NCBI GenBank assembly: GCA_040005235.1
Contig: JBDTZG010000054.1
Span: forward strand, 1-36,546
Source: Acidobacteriota bacterium
GTDB lineage: Bacteria; Acidobacteriota; Thermoanaerobaculia; Multivoradales; UBA5704
Length of the DNA stretch: 36,546 nucleotides
Reading direction: 5' to 3'
Part shown: in pieces, positions 9,543-19,726 of the stretch
Position numbering within the stretch: position 1 is the first letter of the stretch
Layout of the letters: the number at the start of each line of letters is the position of its first letter
The notes under the pieces: generated by a model
The model's input: only the letters and a program-made list of their open reading frames with translations
Told to the model about the DNA's origin: nothing
Databases searched by the model: none
Translations under genes and position numbers: made by a program

Positions 9543-9679
9543 GGACTTTTTTGGATTCTCCGCCGCCACGGATGATCCGTCAAGGGCCATCACCTGCCCT
9601 CAAGCGTGCCCCGAAACGAGGTCGCCGCGCACTCCCTTAAAGAGAGGTCCAACGATCGATCGACAAGGAGTCCTTTTTC

Positions 9680-11311
9680 ATGCGCCGAACGTTCCTCCCG
9701 CTTTCCGCCTTCCTCCTCCTTCTCGGCCTCCCCGCCCTCGCCCTCCCGCCGGCCGACACCATCCTCTACCACGGCAAGGTTTTCACCGTCGACGCCGATC
9801 ACCCCTGGGCACAGGCCGTGGCGATTCGCGGCCAGCGGATCGTCGCGGTGGGCAAAGACGGCCCGGTGCGCGCTCTCGCCGGTCCCCACACCCGGTCGAT
9901 CGACCTAGGCGGCCGGGTCTTGATGCCGGGCATGAACGACGCCCATCTCCACATGGGCGTGGGTTTTCCGCGTTTGACGTTGCCGCCGATCGACATTCCC
10001 GGCCCAGGTCCGAGCCTCACGATGGTCCTCGATCAGGTGGCACAAGCGGTCGCCGTGGCCCAGCCGGGCGAGTGGATTCTCGCGCTCGTGGGCGAGCAAC
10101 TGATTCTCGATCCGGCGGCGACCCGGTCGGCGATCGATCCCATCGCCCCCATCAACCCCGTCCTGCTGATCACCTGGTCGTCGCACAGCGGGGTGATCAA
10201 CGGCAAGGCAATGGCGCTGGCGGGGATCGCACCGAACGCCGCCGATCCGTTTGGCGGCTCCTACGGCCGTTTCCCCAACGGCACGGTGAACGGCTTCCTC
10301 AACGAGTACGCTCTGTTTCGGGTGATCCGATCCATCCGCGCCGTCGTGCCGGACCCAGTGCTGCGCGCCCAATTCGAGGCGATCACCGCGGCGGCGGCGC
10401 AGGTCGGCGTCACCTCGGTGCAGGAGATGACGATCGGCTTGAGCCGGGAGCGTAGCGCGACGGTCCTCTCGGGTGCCCACCTCCCGATCCGGGTGCGCTC
10501 GATGTGCGTGCCTCTGTCCCAGGACGAACCGTGCCGCACACCCAACTTCGATCCCTCCGACCGATTGACCTGGTCGGGAATCAAATGGCTGCTCGACGGT
10601 ACCCCGATCGAGCGCAGCGCCTATCTACGCGAGCCGTACGTCGATTTTCCCGGCATCGGCCATTTCAACCTCACCTCAAGCCAGCTCAACCAGGTCATTC
10701 ACCGCAGTCTGTTCGGCCTCCCCGTGCGCGACCAACTGCTCTTCCACACGGTAGGCGACAGGGGGCTCGACAACGTCCTCGGCGCGCTCGAGGGCGCGGC
10801 GCCGCCGTTCATCTGGCAACTTCTGCGCCCGCGTATCGAGCACGGCGATTTCATCCATCCCGAGCAGATCGAGAAGGTCGAGCAACTGGGCGCGATCGTG
10901 GTCCAGAACCCGACCCATCTGGCGCTCGACTTTTCGCCCGCGGTCGGTCCGGCCCGAGCGGCGGTGATCCAGCCGCTCCATACCCTGCTCGCTTCGGGAG
11001 TCAAGCTGGCGCTCGGCTCGGACGGCGGCGCGGCGAATCCGTTCCTCGACCTGTACCTCGCTGTGATCCATCCCCTCCATCCGGCCGAGGCCTTGACGAT
11101 GGAAGAAGCCGTCACGGCCTACACCCGAGGTTCGGCCACGGCCGAGTTTCAGGAATGGCAGAAGGGTTCGATCCGGCCCGGCTATCTCGCCGACCTTACG
11201 GTTCTGTCGCAGGACATCTTCACGATCCCCCCGCCCGCGGTTCCGGGCACCACGAGCCTCCTCACCCTGGTGGGCGGCGAAACGGTTTGGGACGCGGGAG
11301 TGCTGCACTGA
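9680..11311 (+). CDS. Exported amidohydrolase (Amidohydro_3, YtcJ-like)
   Basis: RBS AAGGAG, signal peptide, IDLGGRVLMPGMNDAHLH, IKWLLDG, FHTVGD, RIEHGD, LGSDG, KGSIRPGYLADLTVL. Confidence 0.9.
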   Translation: MRRTFLPLSAFLLLLGLPALALPPADTILYHGKVFTVDADHPWAQAVAIRGQRIVAVGKDGPVRALAGPHTRSIDLGGRVLMPGMNDAHLHMGVGFPRLTLPPIDIPGPGPSLTMVLDQVAQAVAVAQPGEWILALVGEQLILDPAATRSAIDPIAPINPVLLITWSSHSGVINGKAMALAGIAPNAADPFGGSYGRFPNGTVNGFLNEYALFRVIRSIRAVVPDPVLRAQFEAITAAAAQVGVTSVQEMTIGLSRERSATVLSGAHLPIRVRSMCVPLSQDEPCRTPNFDPSDRLTWSGIKWLLDGTPIERSAYLREPYVDFPGIGHFNLTSSQLNQVIHRSLFGLPVRDQLLFHTVGDRGLDNVLGALEGAAPPFIWQLLRPRIEHGDFIHPEQIEKVEQLGAIVVQNPTHLALDFSPAVGPARAAVIQPLHTLLASGVKLALGSDGGAANPFLDLYLAVIHPLHPAEALTMEEAVTAYTRGSATAEFQEWQKGSIRPGYLADLTVLSQDIFTIPPPAVPGTTSLLTLVGGETVWDAGVLH

Positions 11312-11320
11312 ACAGGGAGT

Positions 11321-11345
11321 GGAGGGGCGGCAAGGCCGCTCCTCC
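11321..11345. terminator. Stem-loop between convergent genes (likely bidirectional terminator)
   Basis: GGAGGGGCGGC-AAG-GCCGCTCCTCC, an 11-bp stem with one G-U pair. Confidence 0.55.
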
Positions 11346-11369
11346 GTCTCGGCTCGGGCCGGAAAGAAA

Positions 11370-12059
11370 CTAATCGGGAAGGACGATCTCCGTCCGTCGA
11401 TTGAGCGCCCGAGTCTCCGCGCTGGTGTTCGGCGCTACGGGATAATCGGCGGCAAATCCTTGGGTTTTGAGGCGAGCGGGCTCGACGCCGTGTGCGGTGA
11501 GAAACCGGCTCACCGCCTCGGCCCGGCGCAGCGACAAGATCCGGTTGTGATCATCGTCGCCGGTCGAATCGGTATGGCCGCAAACATAGATGTCGATACC
11601 GGAAAAAGCGCTTGCGAGCAATTCGGCCTGGCGGGTGAGCAGCGCCTCGAACGGCGGTTTGATTTCATACCGATCGACCTCGAACGTCGCCGCATCGCCA
11701 TAGTCGAACACGATCACCCGCGACAACCCAAGCGCCTTGGCCAAGGCGGAAGGCTCCGAACCGGTGCGAATCAGCACCTCCACCCGATCCGGCCCAAGCA
11801 CCCGGAAACGTCGCTCGGTGGTCTTCGGCTCCACCCGCGCCGCCTGGAACTGAGAGACCTCGGCCAGGCTCGCGATCGGCCGGCGAAACGGCGTCTTGCC
11901 GGCCGGCTTGCCACGAAACGAGACGGCGAGACCGGCGGGCTCCGAGGTGACCTCCGCCACCAGTTGCGCCTTGCCCGCGCTTCCCGTGGAGGCGCAGCCT
12001 TGAATCCATCCGGCTACGCAGAGGACAGCTCCCAGCTTCTGAAGGATCGGCATCGTCAT
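11370..12059 (-). CDS. OmpA/Pal-like peptidoglycan-binding lipoprotein with N-terminal PEGA-like domain, about 229 aa
   Basis: Lipobox IQGC after a hydrophobic stretch; PEGA-like VTSEPAGLAVSFRGKPAGKTP; OmpA_C motifs GHTDSTG..HNRILSLRRAEAV and RALNRRTEI. ATG 12059 overlaps the kinase stop (ATGA). Confidence 0.85.
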   Translation of the reverse strand: MTMPILQKLGAVLCVAGWIQGCASTGSAGKAQLVAEVTSEPAGLAVSFRGKPAGKTPFRRPIASLAEVSQFQAARVEPKTTERRFRVLGPDRVEVLIRTGSEPSALAKALGLSRVIVFDYGDAATFEVDRYEIKPPFEALLTRQAELLASAFSGIDIYVCGHTDSTGDDDHNRILSLRRAEAVSRFLTAHGVEPARLKTQGFAADYPVAPNTSAETRALNRRTEIVLPD

Positions 12060-13663
12060 TGGATTTCTCCGAACGAGATCGAGACCGCGGATTTCCCGGT
12101 CACCGGCTTTCCTTCGGCGTCCTGCGCCGGATCGAAACGAAAGTTCAAAGCCGCGGCTTCGGCCGACGCACGGCATGCGGCCGGGCTCTTGTCCAGTGCT
12201 CGCGCTTTCGTCGGTCGACCGTCGTCTCCCACTTGGACCGAAACGATGACCGAGGTCCCGGCGCAAAGCGCCACCGCATCGCCCGAAATCAGCGGTTCGG
12301 TGCGCTCGATGAGGAGCGGCCCGCGAACCGCCCGGCGCGGGGCCTCCAAAACCGCGGCGACCGGCGGAGGCGACGTCAGTCCTCGCTGCGAGCCTTCGGC
12401 GCTTCGAAGTAGAACTTGAGCCGCCGGAGCCTTCGTTGCAGCCTGCGCCTCTGCCGGTTTCGGCTCCGTAGCGCGCGGCAGGATTTGGCTCGGGACCGGT
12501 GCCCGAGCGGAGGTTGCGGCCGGAGCGGAAACCACCACCCTCGCCGGCTGCTTCTCGCTTTGCGTCCGGAAAACCCAACCGGCTCCGAGCAGAACCGCCA
12601 AAACCAAAGCGGCGCCCGCCAACTCGCTGCGAGCCCAGCCGCGGAGTCGATGCGGGGCGGGTCCTCCGGCCATCGTCCTCTCCGCCGATGCCGCCGCCTC
12701 GAACGCGACCGTCGCTCCCCTTGAAGCGGGCCGGTCGGCGAGAGGATTTCCGGCCGCGATCTCGCTCTCCGGTTCGAGCGGAAGAAGCTCGAACACCGGG
12801 GCGACCAGGGCGAGCGGTGGCATTTCGCGTTCGTCGCCCAGGAACGCGACCAGGTGGCGTTCCAACTCCTTGGCGGAAGCAAAGCGCGACTCGCGGTCGC
12901 GCGCCAGGGTCTTCATGAGGATCGCTTCGAGATCGGGGTCGATGTCCGGCGCGAAGGTCGCGAGACGCGGCGGATCTTCACGTAGGCGGAGCAGCAGCAG
13001 TTGCACCGGCTCCTGCGTCTCGAACGGCGAGCGGCCCGCGAGCATCTGGTAGAGAACGAGACCGAAGGAGTAGAGATCGGCCCGGCCGTCGAGCGGCTTG
13101 CCTTCCGCCTGCTCGGGCGCCATGAACGCCGGAGTTCCGAGGACGCTGCCGGTCATCGTCTTCAAGTGGGCATCGCTCGCCTTGGCGATGCCGAAGTCCA
13201 TCAGGTAGGGCCGGCCCTCGCGGTTGAGGATGATGTTGCTCGGCTTGATGTCGCGATGGACGATCCCCCGCCGGTGGCTCGCTTCGAGGGCGCCGAGCAG
13301 CGGGATCGCGACGCGCACGGCGGAGACCGGATCGAACCGCTTGCGCGCCCACATCTCGTCGCGCAGCATCGGCCCTTCGACGTATTGCATCGAATACCAG
13401 ACCACCCCTTCGACCTCGCCATAGTCATAGACCTGGACGATGTTCGGGTGATCGAGCGAGGCGACCATTGTCGCCTCGGCGACGAAGCGCGCGGTCGAGT
13501 CGGGCTCGAACGTGTCGGAGAGGATCTTGAGTGCCTCGCGCCGCTTGAGCTTCAGGTTCAGAACCAGATACACCGAGGCGAACGCGCCGCGTCCCAGGAA
13601 CGCCTGGAACTCGTAGCGACGCCCAAGAACCTGCCGGAAGTGGCGGAGCTGGTAGCTTTCCAA
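12056..13663 (-). CDS. Hanks-type Ser/Thr protein kinase with TM helix, Pro/Ala linker and C-terminal TonB_C-like domain
   Basis: LGRGAFASV, ALKIL, HRDIKPSN, DFG, GTPAFMAPE and DLYSFG are all intact; TM LAGAALVLAVLLGAGWVF; C-terminus VIVSVQVGDDGRP...AEAAALNFRFDPAQDAEGKPV...VSISF. TTG start. Confidence 0.9.
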   Translation of the reverse strand: MESYQLRHFRQVLGRRYEFQAFLGRGAFASVYLVLNLKLKRREALKILSDTFEPDSTARFVAEATMVASLDHPNIVQVYDYGEVEGVVWYSMQYVEGPMLRDEMWARKRFDPVSAVRVAIPLLGALEASHRRGIVHRDIKPSNIILNREGRPYLMDFGIAKASDAHLKTMTGSVLGTPAFMAPEQAEGKPLDGRADLYSFGLVLYQMLAGRSPFETQEPVQLLLLRLREDPPRLATFAPDIDPDLEAILMKTLARDRESRFASAKELERHLVAFLGDEREMPPLALVAPVFELLPLEPESEIAAGNPLADRPASRGATVAFEAAASAERTMAGGPAPHRLRGWARSELAGAALVLAVLLGAGWVFRTQSEKQPARVVVSAPAATSARAPVPSQILPRATEPKPAEAQAATKAPAAQVLLRSAEGSQRGLTSPPPVAAVLEAPRRAVRGPLLIERTEPLISGDAVALCAGTSVIVSVQVGDDGRPTKARALDKSPAACRASAEAAALNFRFDPAQDAEGKPVTGKSAVSISFGEIQ

Positions 13664-13699
13664 GACCCCGAGTGTATTCGGTTTCGCTCTGTAGGGCTG

Positions 13700-14152
13700 C
13701 TACTTCACCCGCGCCTTGCCCGATTCGGAGATCGCCCGCTTCGGCTCGCGGGTGAGCGATTTGACGTATTCCGTGCGCCGAAAGCGGAGGCCCGTCCAAT
13801 CCTCGTCGATCGCGACGCTGCGGACCGTCTCGAACCCGGCCGCCCCCAGCACGCCCCAACCCGAATCACGGTTGAATTCGCACCGATAGCGCTTGGAGGA
13901 CTGCTTCGGATAGGCAAACCAGAGGAGCGCGTCCCCCTCCGCCTTTGCGGCCAGATCCTTGGCCAAAGCATCGAGCTGGGCCTGCTTCGTCACGAACGCC
14001 AAGGCGAAATGAATCGCTTTCGCCTGCTTCGGATCGCGCACCACCGAAACCCCTGAAAGCGCCGCGATCTCCCCCTCGAAGCTCTCCGGCGCGTTCACCA
14101 CCACGATCTCGGTTTCGGCTTTGAGGTTCATCTTCTTCCACAGGTCTGACAT
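13700..14152 (-). CDS. Conserved hypothetical protein (DUF3052-like / YdeI N-domain-like)
   Basis: VVNAPE, LLWFAYPKQSS, NRDSGW, VRSVAIDEDWTGLRFR pattern; GGGAGAG RBS upstream. Confidence 0.65.
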   Translation of the reverse strand: MSDLWKKMNLKAETEIVVVNAPESFEGEIAALSGVSVVRDPKQAKAIHFALAFVTKQAQLDALAKDLAAKAEGDALLWFAYPKQSSKRYRCEFNRDSGWGVLGAAGFETVRSVAIDEDWTGLRFRRTEYVKSLTREPKRAISESGKARVK

Positions 14153-14175
14153 CTGTCTCTCTCCCGATCAAACCG

Positions 14176-14445
14176 TCATTTCGCGAATCGCTCTGCCGTA
14201 CGAGCCCGGGCCTTCTCCGCCTCTTCCACCCGGTCCCGCGGCGGAGCGGCCGTCGCGAGCGAAAAGAAAAGACGGCGCGAAACCTCCGCGATTTCGTCCA
14301 CCGCCGTATCGAACGCCAACTCGTTCGCCTTCGACGGCTTGTTGAAGCCGGTCACTTTGCGAACAAACTGAAGCGACGCGGCGCGGATCTCCTCGTCCGT
14401 GACGGGAGGGTCGAAGTTGAAAAGGGTCTTGATGTTTCTGCACAT
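14176..14445 (-). CDS. DUF2277-family small protein
   Basis: MCRNIKTLFNFDPPVTDEEIRAASLQFVRKV.GF.KPS.AN is the family signature. Confidence 0.85.
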   Translation of the reverse strand: MCRNIKTLFNFDPPVTDEEIRAASLQFVRKVTGFNKPSKANELAFDTAVDEIAEVSRRLFFSLATAAPPRDRVEEAEKARARTAERFAK

Positions 14446-14503
14446 CGCAGGGTCTCCACTACGCTTTATATCAAGTCAGGTCAAATCCCGCCGTACCGCT
14501 TCC

Positions 14504-16042
14504 CTATTCTCGCCGCCACCGTAGCGTCACCTCCTTCTTCCGCCAATCGATCTCCAAGATCTCCACCGTCACCGAGCCTAGGTGAGTGGCGAATTGGATC
14601 GTCCCTTCCTTCGTTACCGCCTGGGTTAGGATCGGGTCGGCGTCCGAGATCAGGAAGAAGTCGAGGGCTTTGGCGGGGTGGCGGAAGTGGGCTTGGAGCT
14701 GGCTACCGAGGGCGGCCAGCTGCAGGCTTTGCAGATCCCGCAGCAGGTGCGGCCGGTCGGCTTTGGATGGCGTTGCCTTTTGGGTTTTTTGGAGGAAAGG
14801 CAGCGGGGCGGACGGAGCGCTGCCCTCGCCCCGCTCGGGCACCGAAGAGGTGGACGCCGGCTTGGGGCTGCCTTGGATCGGCTCCTGCCGCGGGCAGGAG
14901 AGGGGCCCCCAGGTAAAGATCCAGCCGATCAGGAGAGCGGACAGCGCTCCGAGAACGAACCAGAGCGGGCGGTTGCGTCTACGCGGCGGACGGATTTCCA
15001 GGGTGCGCAGGAAGAGCGCGGGGGTTGCCCACTCAAAGGTCTGGGGAATGTCACGCCGCACGGCGAGGCGACCGTCGACCACGGCGGCGTCGACCGAATC
15101 TCCCGCCGCCAACCGTTGGTAGACCGCGCGGCTGAACACCCGTGCCGCCGCATCGCTGATCTCGAACTGCATGCCGAGCACCGCCGGAACCCCCGCTCGG
15201 ACCAGTGCGGTTGCGACCCCCGAAAAAGGGCTTCCATGGCCGGACTTCGCAGTCCAGCAGGCGTTTAAAAACACGCCCCGCAGTCCCGGATGATCCGCCA
15301 CCTGATCGGCCAGCTCTTCTCCGGTCACGCGGCGCGGATTGCCCAGATCGTCCTCGAACAGAAGCGTTCCTTCGCCCGAATGCGGGTCGTACTCGCCGTG
15401 GCCGAGAAAGTGCAGCAGATGGACGCCGTGCTTAAGCAAGCCGGCGTGCAGCTCGTCGAGCGAGGCATGGGGCAGGGAGTAGATTTTGACCTTCCGCCAG
15501 GGCCGCGCCCAGGCCCTCTCGATCCAGGCAAGCTCCTCGTGAATCTTCAACGTCTCGTAGCCGTGGGGCTCCGAGGCTACACAGAGAATGCGCAGCGGCG
15601 GCCGGTAGCCGATCGGCCGTTCGGGTTTCGGGACTTCGAGATGCCGGACGATCGAGAAACGCCGGTCGAGCGCTAGAAACTTTCCTTCCTGCGCCGAATA
15701 GAGCAGCTCCCAGGGAAGGTCGTGAATGCGCATCAAATCCGGATCGTCGAGTGCCAGCCGGATCTGGATCCGCAGCTGTTGTCCAGGCAGGAGCCGGCCG
15801 ACGCTCAAATAAAACAACGCGAGTACTTTGTCGCGGAACAACTCGGCAAACAGAGACTCGCCGAATTGCCGTAGATCGTCCGCCGAGGCGCCCCCCTCCC
15901 GAGCCACCAGGGGGACCTCGGGCCATTCGAGGTGAGAGAGGGAGAAACGCCCTTGTCCGGTGCCGAACGGGCACTGAGCCCGGAGGTGAACGCCTCCCCC
16001 GTCGTCGGCAAAGAAGTCGATCTCGAAATCCAAATCGGCCAT
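14504..16042 (-). CDS. CHAT-domain (caspase/separase-like) protein with a TM helix and C-terminal extracytoplasmic domain
   Basis: DLPWELL, catalytic dyad context LHFLGHG and VFLNAC, GVPAVLGMQFEISD, EWATPALF; then RRRNR + TM PLWFVLGALSALLIGWIFTW. RBS GAGGAG. Confidence 0.85.
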   Translation of the reverse strand: MADLDFEIDFFADDGGGVHLRAQCPFGTGQGRFSLSHLEWPEVPLVAREGGASADDLRQFGESLFAELFRDKVLALFYLSVGRLLPGQQLRIQIRLALDDPDLMRIHDLPWELLYSAQEGKFLALDRRFSIVRHLEVPKPERPIGYRPPLRILCVASEPHGYETLKIHEELAWIERAWARPWRKVKIYSLPHASLDELHAGLLKHGVHLLHFLGHGEYDPHSGEGTLLFEDDLGNPRRVTGEELADQVADHPGLRGVFLNACWTAKSGHGSPFSGVATALVRAGVPAVLGMQFEISDAAARVFSRAVYQRLAAGDSVDAAVVDGRLAVRRDIPQTFEWATPALFLRTLEIRPPRRRNRPLWFVLGALSALLIGWIFTWGPLSCPRQEPIQGSPKPASTSSVPERGEGSAPSAPLPFLQKTQKATPSKADRPHLLRDLQSLQLAALGSQLQAHFRHPAKALDFFLISDADPILTQAVTKEGTIQFATHLGSVTVEILEIDWRKKEVTLRWRRE

Positions 16043-16244
16043 GGTGCTCCTCGGCAGTCGACCGCCGTCCGGGCGAAGTTCGAGCGTCCGCGTCGTCCGC
16101 GTCGTCGCAGCGAACGGCCGAACTTCCCTTCGGCGAGCTCTGCCGCGTAAACGTAACCTATTCTCCCCACAAAGCCAGAAGTTCCGCCAGCCGGGATGGA
16201 GAGCCTATGCAAAGCGGGGTGCGCTATGCCAAGATGCCCAGCGA

Positions 16245-17141
16245 ATGCGCCGATCCTGGCTTTTGAGTCTTCTCCTGCTCCCCTCGGCGTTGTTTGCCGA
16301 AGACGTGCCGTCGCCGGTCATCCCGCCCTTGGGTAAACCTGCCTATCGCTGGATTCATCCGCGGGTCCTGTTCGACGAAGGGCACCACAATGTTCACTTT
16401 CTCTCGACCGGCTACGCGCCGTTCGGCCGAGTCCTCACGGGCGACGGCTATCGCGTCGAGGGAATTCGCGAGCCGTTCTCCGACGCCAATTTAGCCGGGG
16501 CTCGCGTGCTGGTGATCGTCAACCCGAGGAGCGGAGGACGGGAGGTGCAGGTTCCGGAGCGCGGCCATCCCGCGTTCACACCGGAAGAATGCGCCGCCGT
16601 CGAGCGGTGGGTCAAAGCCGGCGGCTCCCTCCTGCTGGTCGCCGATCACTACCCGATCGGCTCGGCCACTCAAGCGCTCGCCGATCAGTTCGGCGTCTCC
16701 TTAAGCAATGGCTTCACGATTGATCCTGGCTATGCGTTGGCCGATTTGCCGAAAAGCGAGACGATCACCTTCCGAAGGGATCAAAAGCGCTTGGGCGACC
16801 ATCCGATCCTCCGCGGGCGCAAGGCCAAGGAGCGGATCGACGTCGTCGAGACCTTCTCGGGAGAGTCCCTGCGCGGCCCCCGCGGCAGCTCACCGCTGCT
16901 CCTGCTGTCTGACCAAGCTCAAGACGAGCAGCCGCCGGATCACGTCCAGAAGATCTCGGCCGCGGGGCGCTGCCAGGGACTCGCGCTGATCCACGGCAAG
17001 GGACGCGTGGTCGTGATGGGCGAGGCGCAAGCGCTCTCCGACATCATTTCGGACGGTAAGTACACCGGCTTCGGCCGCCCGGGCAACGACAACCTGAAGC
17101 TGGTTCAGAACATCATGCACTGGCTGACCCGCAAACTCTGA
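16245..17141 (+). CDS. Secreted class I glutamine-amidotransferase-like fold protein (DUF4350-like), about 298 aa
   Basis: Signal peptide MRRSWLLSLLLLPSALFA; VLFDEGHHN, WVKAGGSLLLVADHYP, GKGRVVVMGE, NLKLVQNIMHWL. Start reassigned to ATG 16245. Confidence 0.7.
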   Translation: MRRSWLLSLLLLPSALFAEDVPSPVIPPLGKPAYRWIHPRVLFDEGHHNVHFLSTGYAPFGRVLTGDGYRVEGIREPFSDANLAGARVLVIVNPRSGGREVQVPERGHPAFTPEECAAVERWVKAGGSLLLVADHYPIGSATQALADQFGVSLSNGFTIDPGYALADLPKSETITFRRDQKRLGDHPILRGRKAKERIDVVETFSGESLRGPRGSSPLLLLSDQAQDEQPPDHVQKISAAGRCQGLALIHGKGRVVVMGEAQALSDIISDGKYTGFGRPGNDNLKLVQNIMHWLTRKL

Positions 17142-17147
17142 GCGACC

Positions 17148-18692
17148 CTACTCCCACTCGATGGTCGCCGGGGGCTTGCTGGTCACGTCGTAGACCACCC
17201 GATTGACTCCCTTCACTTCGTTGACGATCCGATTTGCGACCCGGCCGAGAAGATCGTAGGGGAGCGGGCTCCAATCCGCGGTCATGAAATCCTGGGTCTC
17301 GACGGCGCGCAGCGCGATCACGCTCTCGTAGGTTCGGTAATCGCCCATCACGCCGACGCTTTTGACCGGCAGAAGGACTGCAAAAGCCTGGCTGGTCTTG
17401 TCGTACCAGCCGCTCTCGCGCAGCTCGTGGAGGAAGATCGCGTCGGCTTCTTGGAGCAGGGCAACCCGGTCGGCCGTCACTTCGCCCAAGATGCGCACAG
17501 CGAGCCCCGGACCGGGGAAGGGGTGCCGGGCGATCAGCGGCTCGGGCAGGCCGAGCTCGCGGCCAAGTTGGCGGACCTCGTCTTTGAACAGTGCCCGTAG
17601 CGGCTCCACCAGCTCGAAGCCGAGTTTTTCCGGCAGGCCGCCTACGTTATGGTGGGTCTTGATCACGGCGGACGGCCCCTTGACCGAGGTCGATTCGATC
17701 ACGTCGGGATAGAGCGTCCCTTGGGCGAGGAAGGCGAGACCTTCGAGCCGTTTCGCCTCTTCGTCGAACACCTCGATGAACTGGTGGCCGATGATCTTGC
17801 GCTTGCGCTCGGGATCTTCGACCCCGGAAAGCGCGGCGAGAAACCGCTCCCCCGCATCGACTTTATGGATTGGAATCCCCAGCCCGTCTTGCAGCGCCCG
17901 GACCACCTGCGCCCCTTCGTCTTTCCGCAGCACGCCGGTGTCGACGAAGACCGGCACCGAACGGTCGCCGATCGCCCGGGCGAGAAGGGCTGCGACCACG
18001 GAGGAATCGACCCCGCCGGAGAGGGCGCAGAGCACCCGGCCCTCCCCCACCTTCGCGCGGACGCGTTCGATCGCTTCGTCGAGATAGGAGGCCATATGCC
18101 AATCGCCGCGCGCGCCGCAGGCGCCGAATAGGAAATTGCGCAGGATTTCCGATCCCGAGACGGTGTGCGAGACCTCCGGATGGAACTGGATGCCGTAAAG
18201 CCCGCGCACGCGATCCTCGAACGCGACGATCGGCACGCTCGCAGTCGACGCCGTGGCGACGAAACCTGCCGGCAGGCCGCGCACCCGGTCGCCGTGGCTC
18301 ATCCAGACCGTCTCTTGCGCCGCCAGCCCTTCGAACAGCGTCCCCGCTTCGGAGATTTCGATCTCCGCCCGGCCGTACTCGCGGTGCGAGCTGGGGTCGA
18401 CTCCGCCGCCCAGCTCGTGCGACATGACGTGCATGCCATAGCAGATGCCGAGGACGGGAATCCCCAGCTCGAACAGCGCGCGCGGCGCGGTGGCCGCATC
18501 GGTCTCGTAGACGCTCTGCGGGCCGCCCGAGAGGATCAAACCGATCGGCGCCCTGGCGTGAATCGCGTCGAGCGACAGGTCGAAGGAATGGACTTCGCTG
18601 TAGACCCGGTGCTCGCGGACGCGGCGCGCGATCAACTGGGTGAATTGGCTGCCGAAATCGAGGATCAGGATCGTCTGGTGCTCGGTGCTCAT
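17148..18692 (-). CDS. guaA: GMP synthase (glutamine-hydrolysing)
   Basis: [74 protein letters not shown]. Confidence 0.99.
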   Translation of the reverse strand: MSTEHQTILILDFGSQFTQLIARRVREHRVYSEVHSFDLSLDAIHARAPIGLILSGGPQSVYETDAATAPRALFELGIPVLGICYGMHVMSHELGGGVDPSSHREYGRAEIEISEAGTLFEGLAAQETVWMSHGDRVRGLPAGFVATASTASVPIVAFEDRVRGLYGIQFHPEVSHTVSGSEILRNFLFGACGARGDWHMASYLDEAIERVRAKVGEGRVLCALSGGVDSSVVAALLARAIGDRSVPVFVDTGVLRKDEGAQVVRALQDGLGIPIHKVDAGERFLAALSGVEDPERKRKIIGHQFIEVFDEEAKRLEGLAFLAQGTLYPDVIESTSVKGPSAVIKTHHNVGGLPEKLGFELVEPLRALFKDEVRQLGRELGLPEPLIARHPFPGPGLAVRILGEVTADRVALLQEADAIFLHELRESGWYDKTSQAFAVLLPVKSVGVMGDYRTYESVIALRAVETQDFMTADWSPLPYDLLGRVANRIVNEVKGVNRVVYDVTSKPPATIEWE

Positions 18693-19726
18693 TAAGGCTC
18701 TGACTCCGATTTGAGCTCGCGCGTCATGAGTTCGAGGACCGCCTGGCGCGGGTCTTTGTCCTCGTAGAGGATCGCCACGGTCTGGCGGGTGATCGGCATG
18801 TCGAGCTCCCCCTCACGGTACTTTTCGGCGAGTTGAAGGATGGCGAGCGAATTGCGTACCCCTTCGGCCACCATGGGGGTGTCGGCCGTGATCTCGGCCA
18901 GCCTTCTCCCCTTGGCCAGCTCGATGCCCGTGCGCCGATTGCGCGAAAGGCCGCCGGTGGCGGTGAGCACGAGGTCTCCGAGCCCCGTGAGGCCGGCAAA
19001 GGTCCGCGCGTCGCCGCCGCAGGCGACGCCCAGCTTGCCGATCTCGTGCAGGCCGCGGGTGATCAGGGCGGCGAGCGTGTTCTGGCCGAAGCCGAGACCG
19101 GTCGCCACCCCTGCGGCGATCGCGATGACATTCTTGGTCGTGCCGCCCAGCTCCACCCCCACCACGTCGCTCGACGAATAGAGACGGAAATAGCGGGTCG
19201 AAAGCGTTTCGCGAATCGTCGTCGCCAGCTCGTGATCGGTCGAAGTGACCACCGCCGCGGTCGGTTGATTTCGCGCCAGCTCCGCCGCGAAGCTCGGACC
19301 GGAAAGAACCGCGAATCGCACGTCGCGGCCCGCGCGCTTTCCCTCTTCCGCGGCGACCTCGCTCATCCGCTGGAGCGAGTCGGGCTCGATCCCCTTGGTG
19401 CCGGAGATGACGATCGCGGGCTCGCCCGGCGGTCGCTCCGCCAACCGCTCCAGATGGGCGCGCAGCACGGCGCGGAAGCCGTGCGAAGGGATGACGACCA
19501 GAGTGAGATCGGCGTCGTGCGTAAGAGCAAGATCCGAGGTCGGCGTGAGATTTCCCGGCAGCTCGACTCCCGGCAGATAGTCGGGATTGGCGCGTTCGGC
19601 GGCCATCCGGTCGGTGAGCGCTTCGCTGCGCGCCCACAAGACGACGTCGTGACCTCCGGCTCCGGCGAAATGAACCGCGAGAGCGGTGCCCCACGAGCCG
19701 GCGCCGAGGACCGCGATCCGGCTCAC
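18692..19726 (-). CDS. gpsA: NAD(P)H-dependent glycerol-3-phosphate dehydrogenase, about 344 aa
   Basis: [47 protein letters not shown]...LSRN, VAEGV. GTG start at 19726 overlaps the plsY stop (GTGA). Confidence 0.96.
   Translation of the reverse strand: MSRIAVLGAGSWGTALAVHFAGAGGHDVVLWARSEALTDRMAAERANPDYLPGVELPGNLTPTSDLALTHDADLTLVVIPSHGFRAVLRAHLERLAERPPGEPAIVISGTKGIEPDSLQRMSEVAAEEGKRAGRDVRFAVLSGPSFAAELARNQPTAAVVTSTDHELATTIRETLSTRYFRLYSSSDVVGVELGGTTKNVIAIAAGVATGLGFGQNTLAALITRGLHEIGKLGVACGGDARTFAGLTGLGDLVLTATGGLSRNRRTGIELAKGRRLAEITADTPMVAEGVRNSLAILQLAEKYREGELDMPITRQTVAILYEDKDPRQAVLELMTRELKSESEP

Noticed and set aside
16085-16107. Short 9-bp duplication CGTCCGCGT x2 upstream of the CHAT gene
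   Set aside because: Only about 2.5 copies of a GC-rich word, which is expected by chance or slippage.
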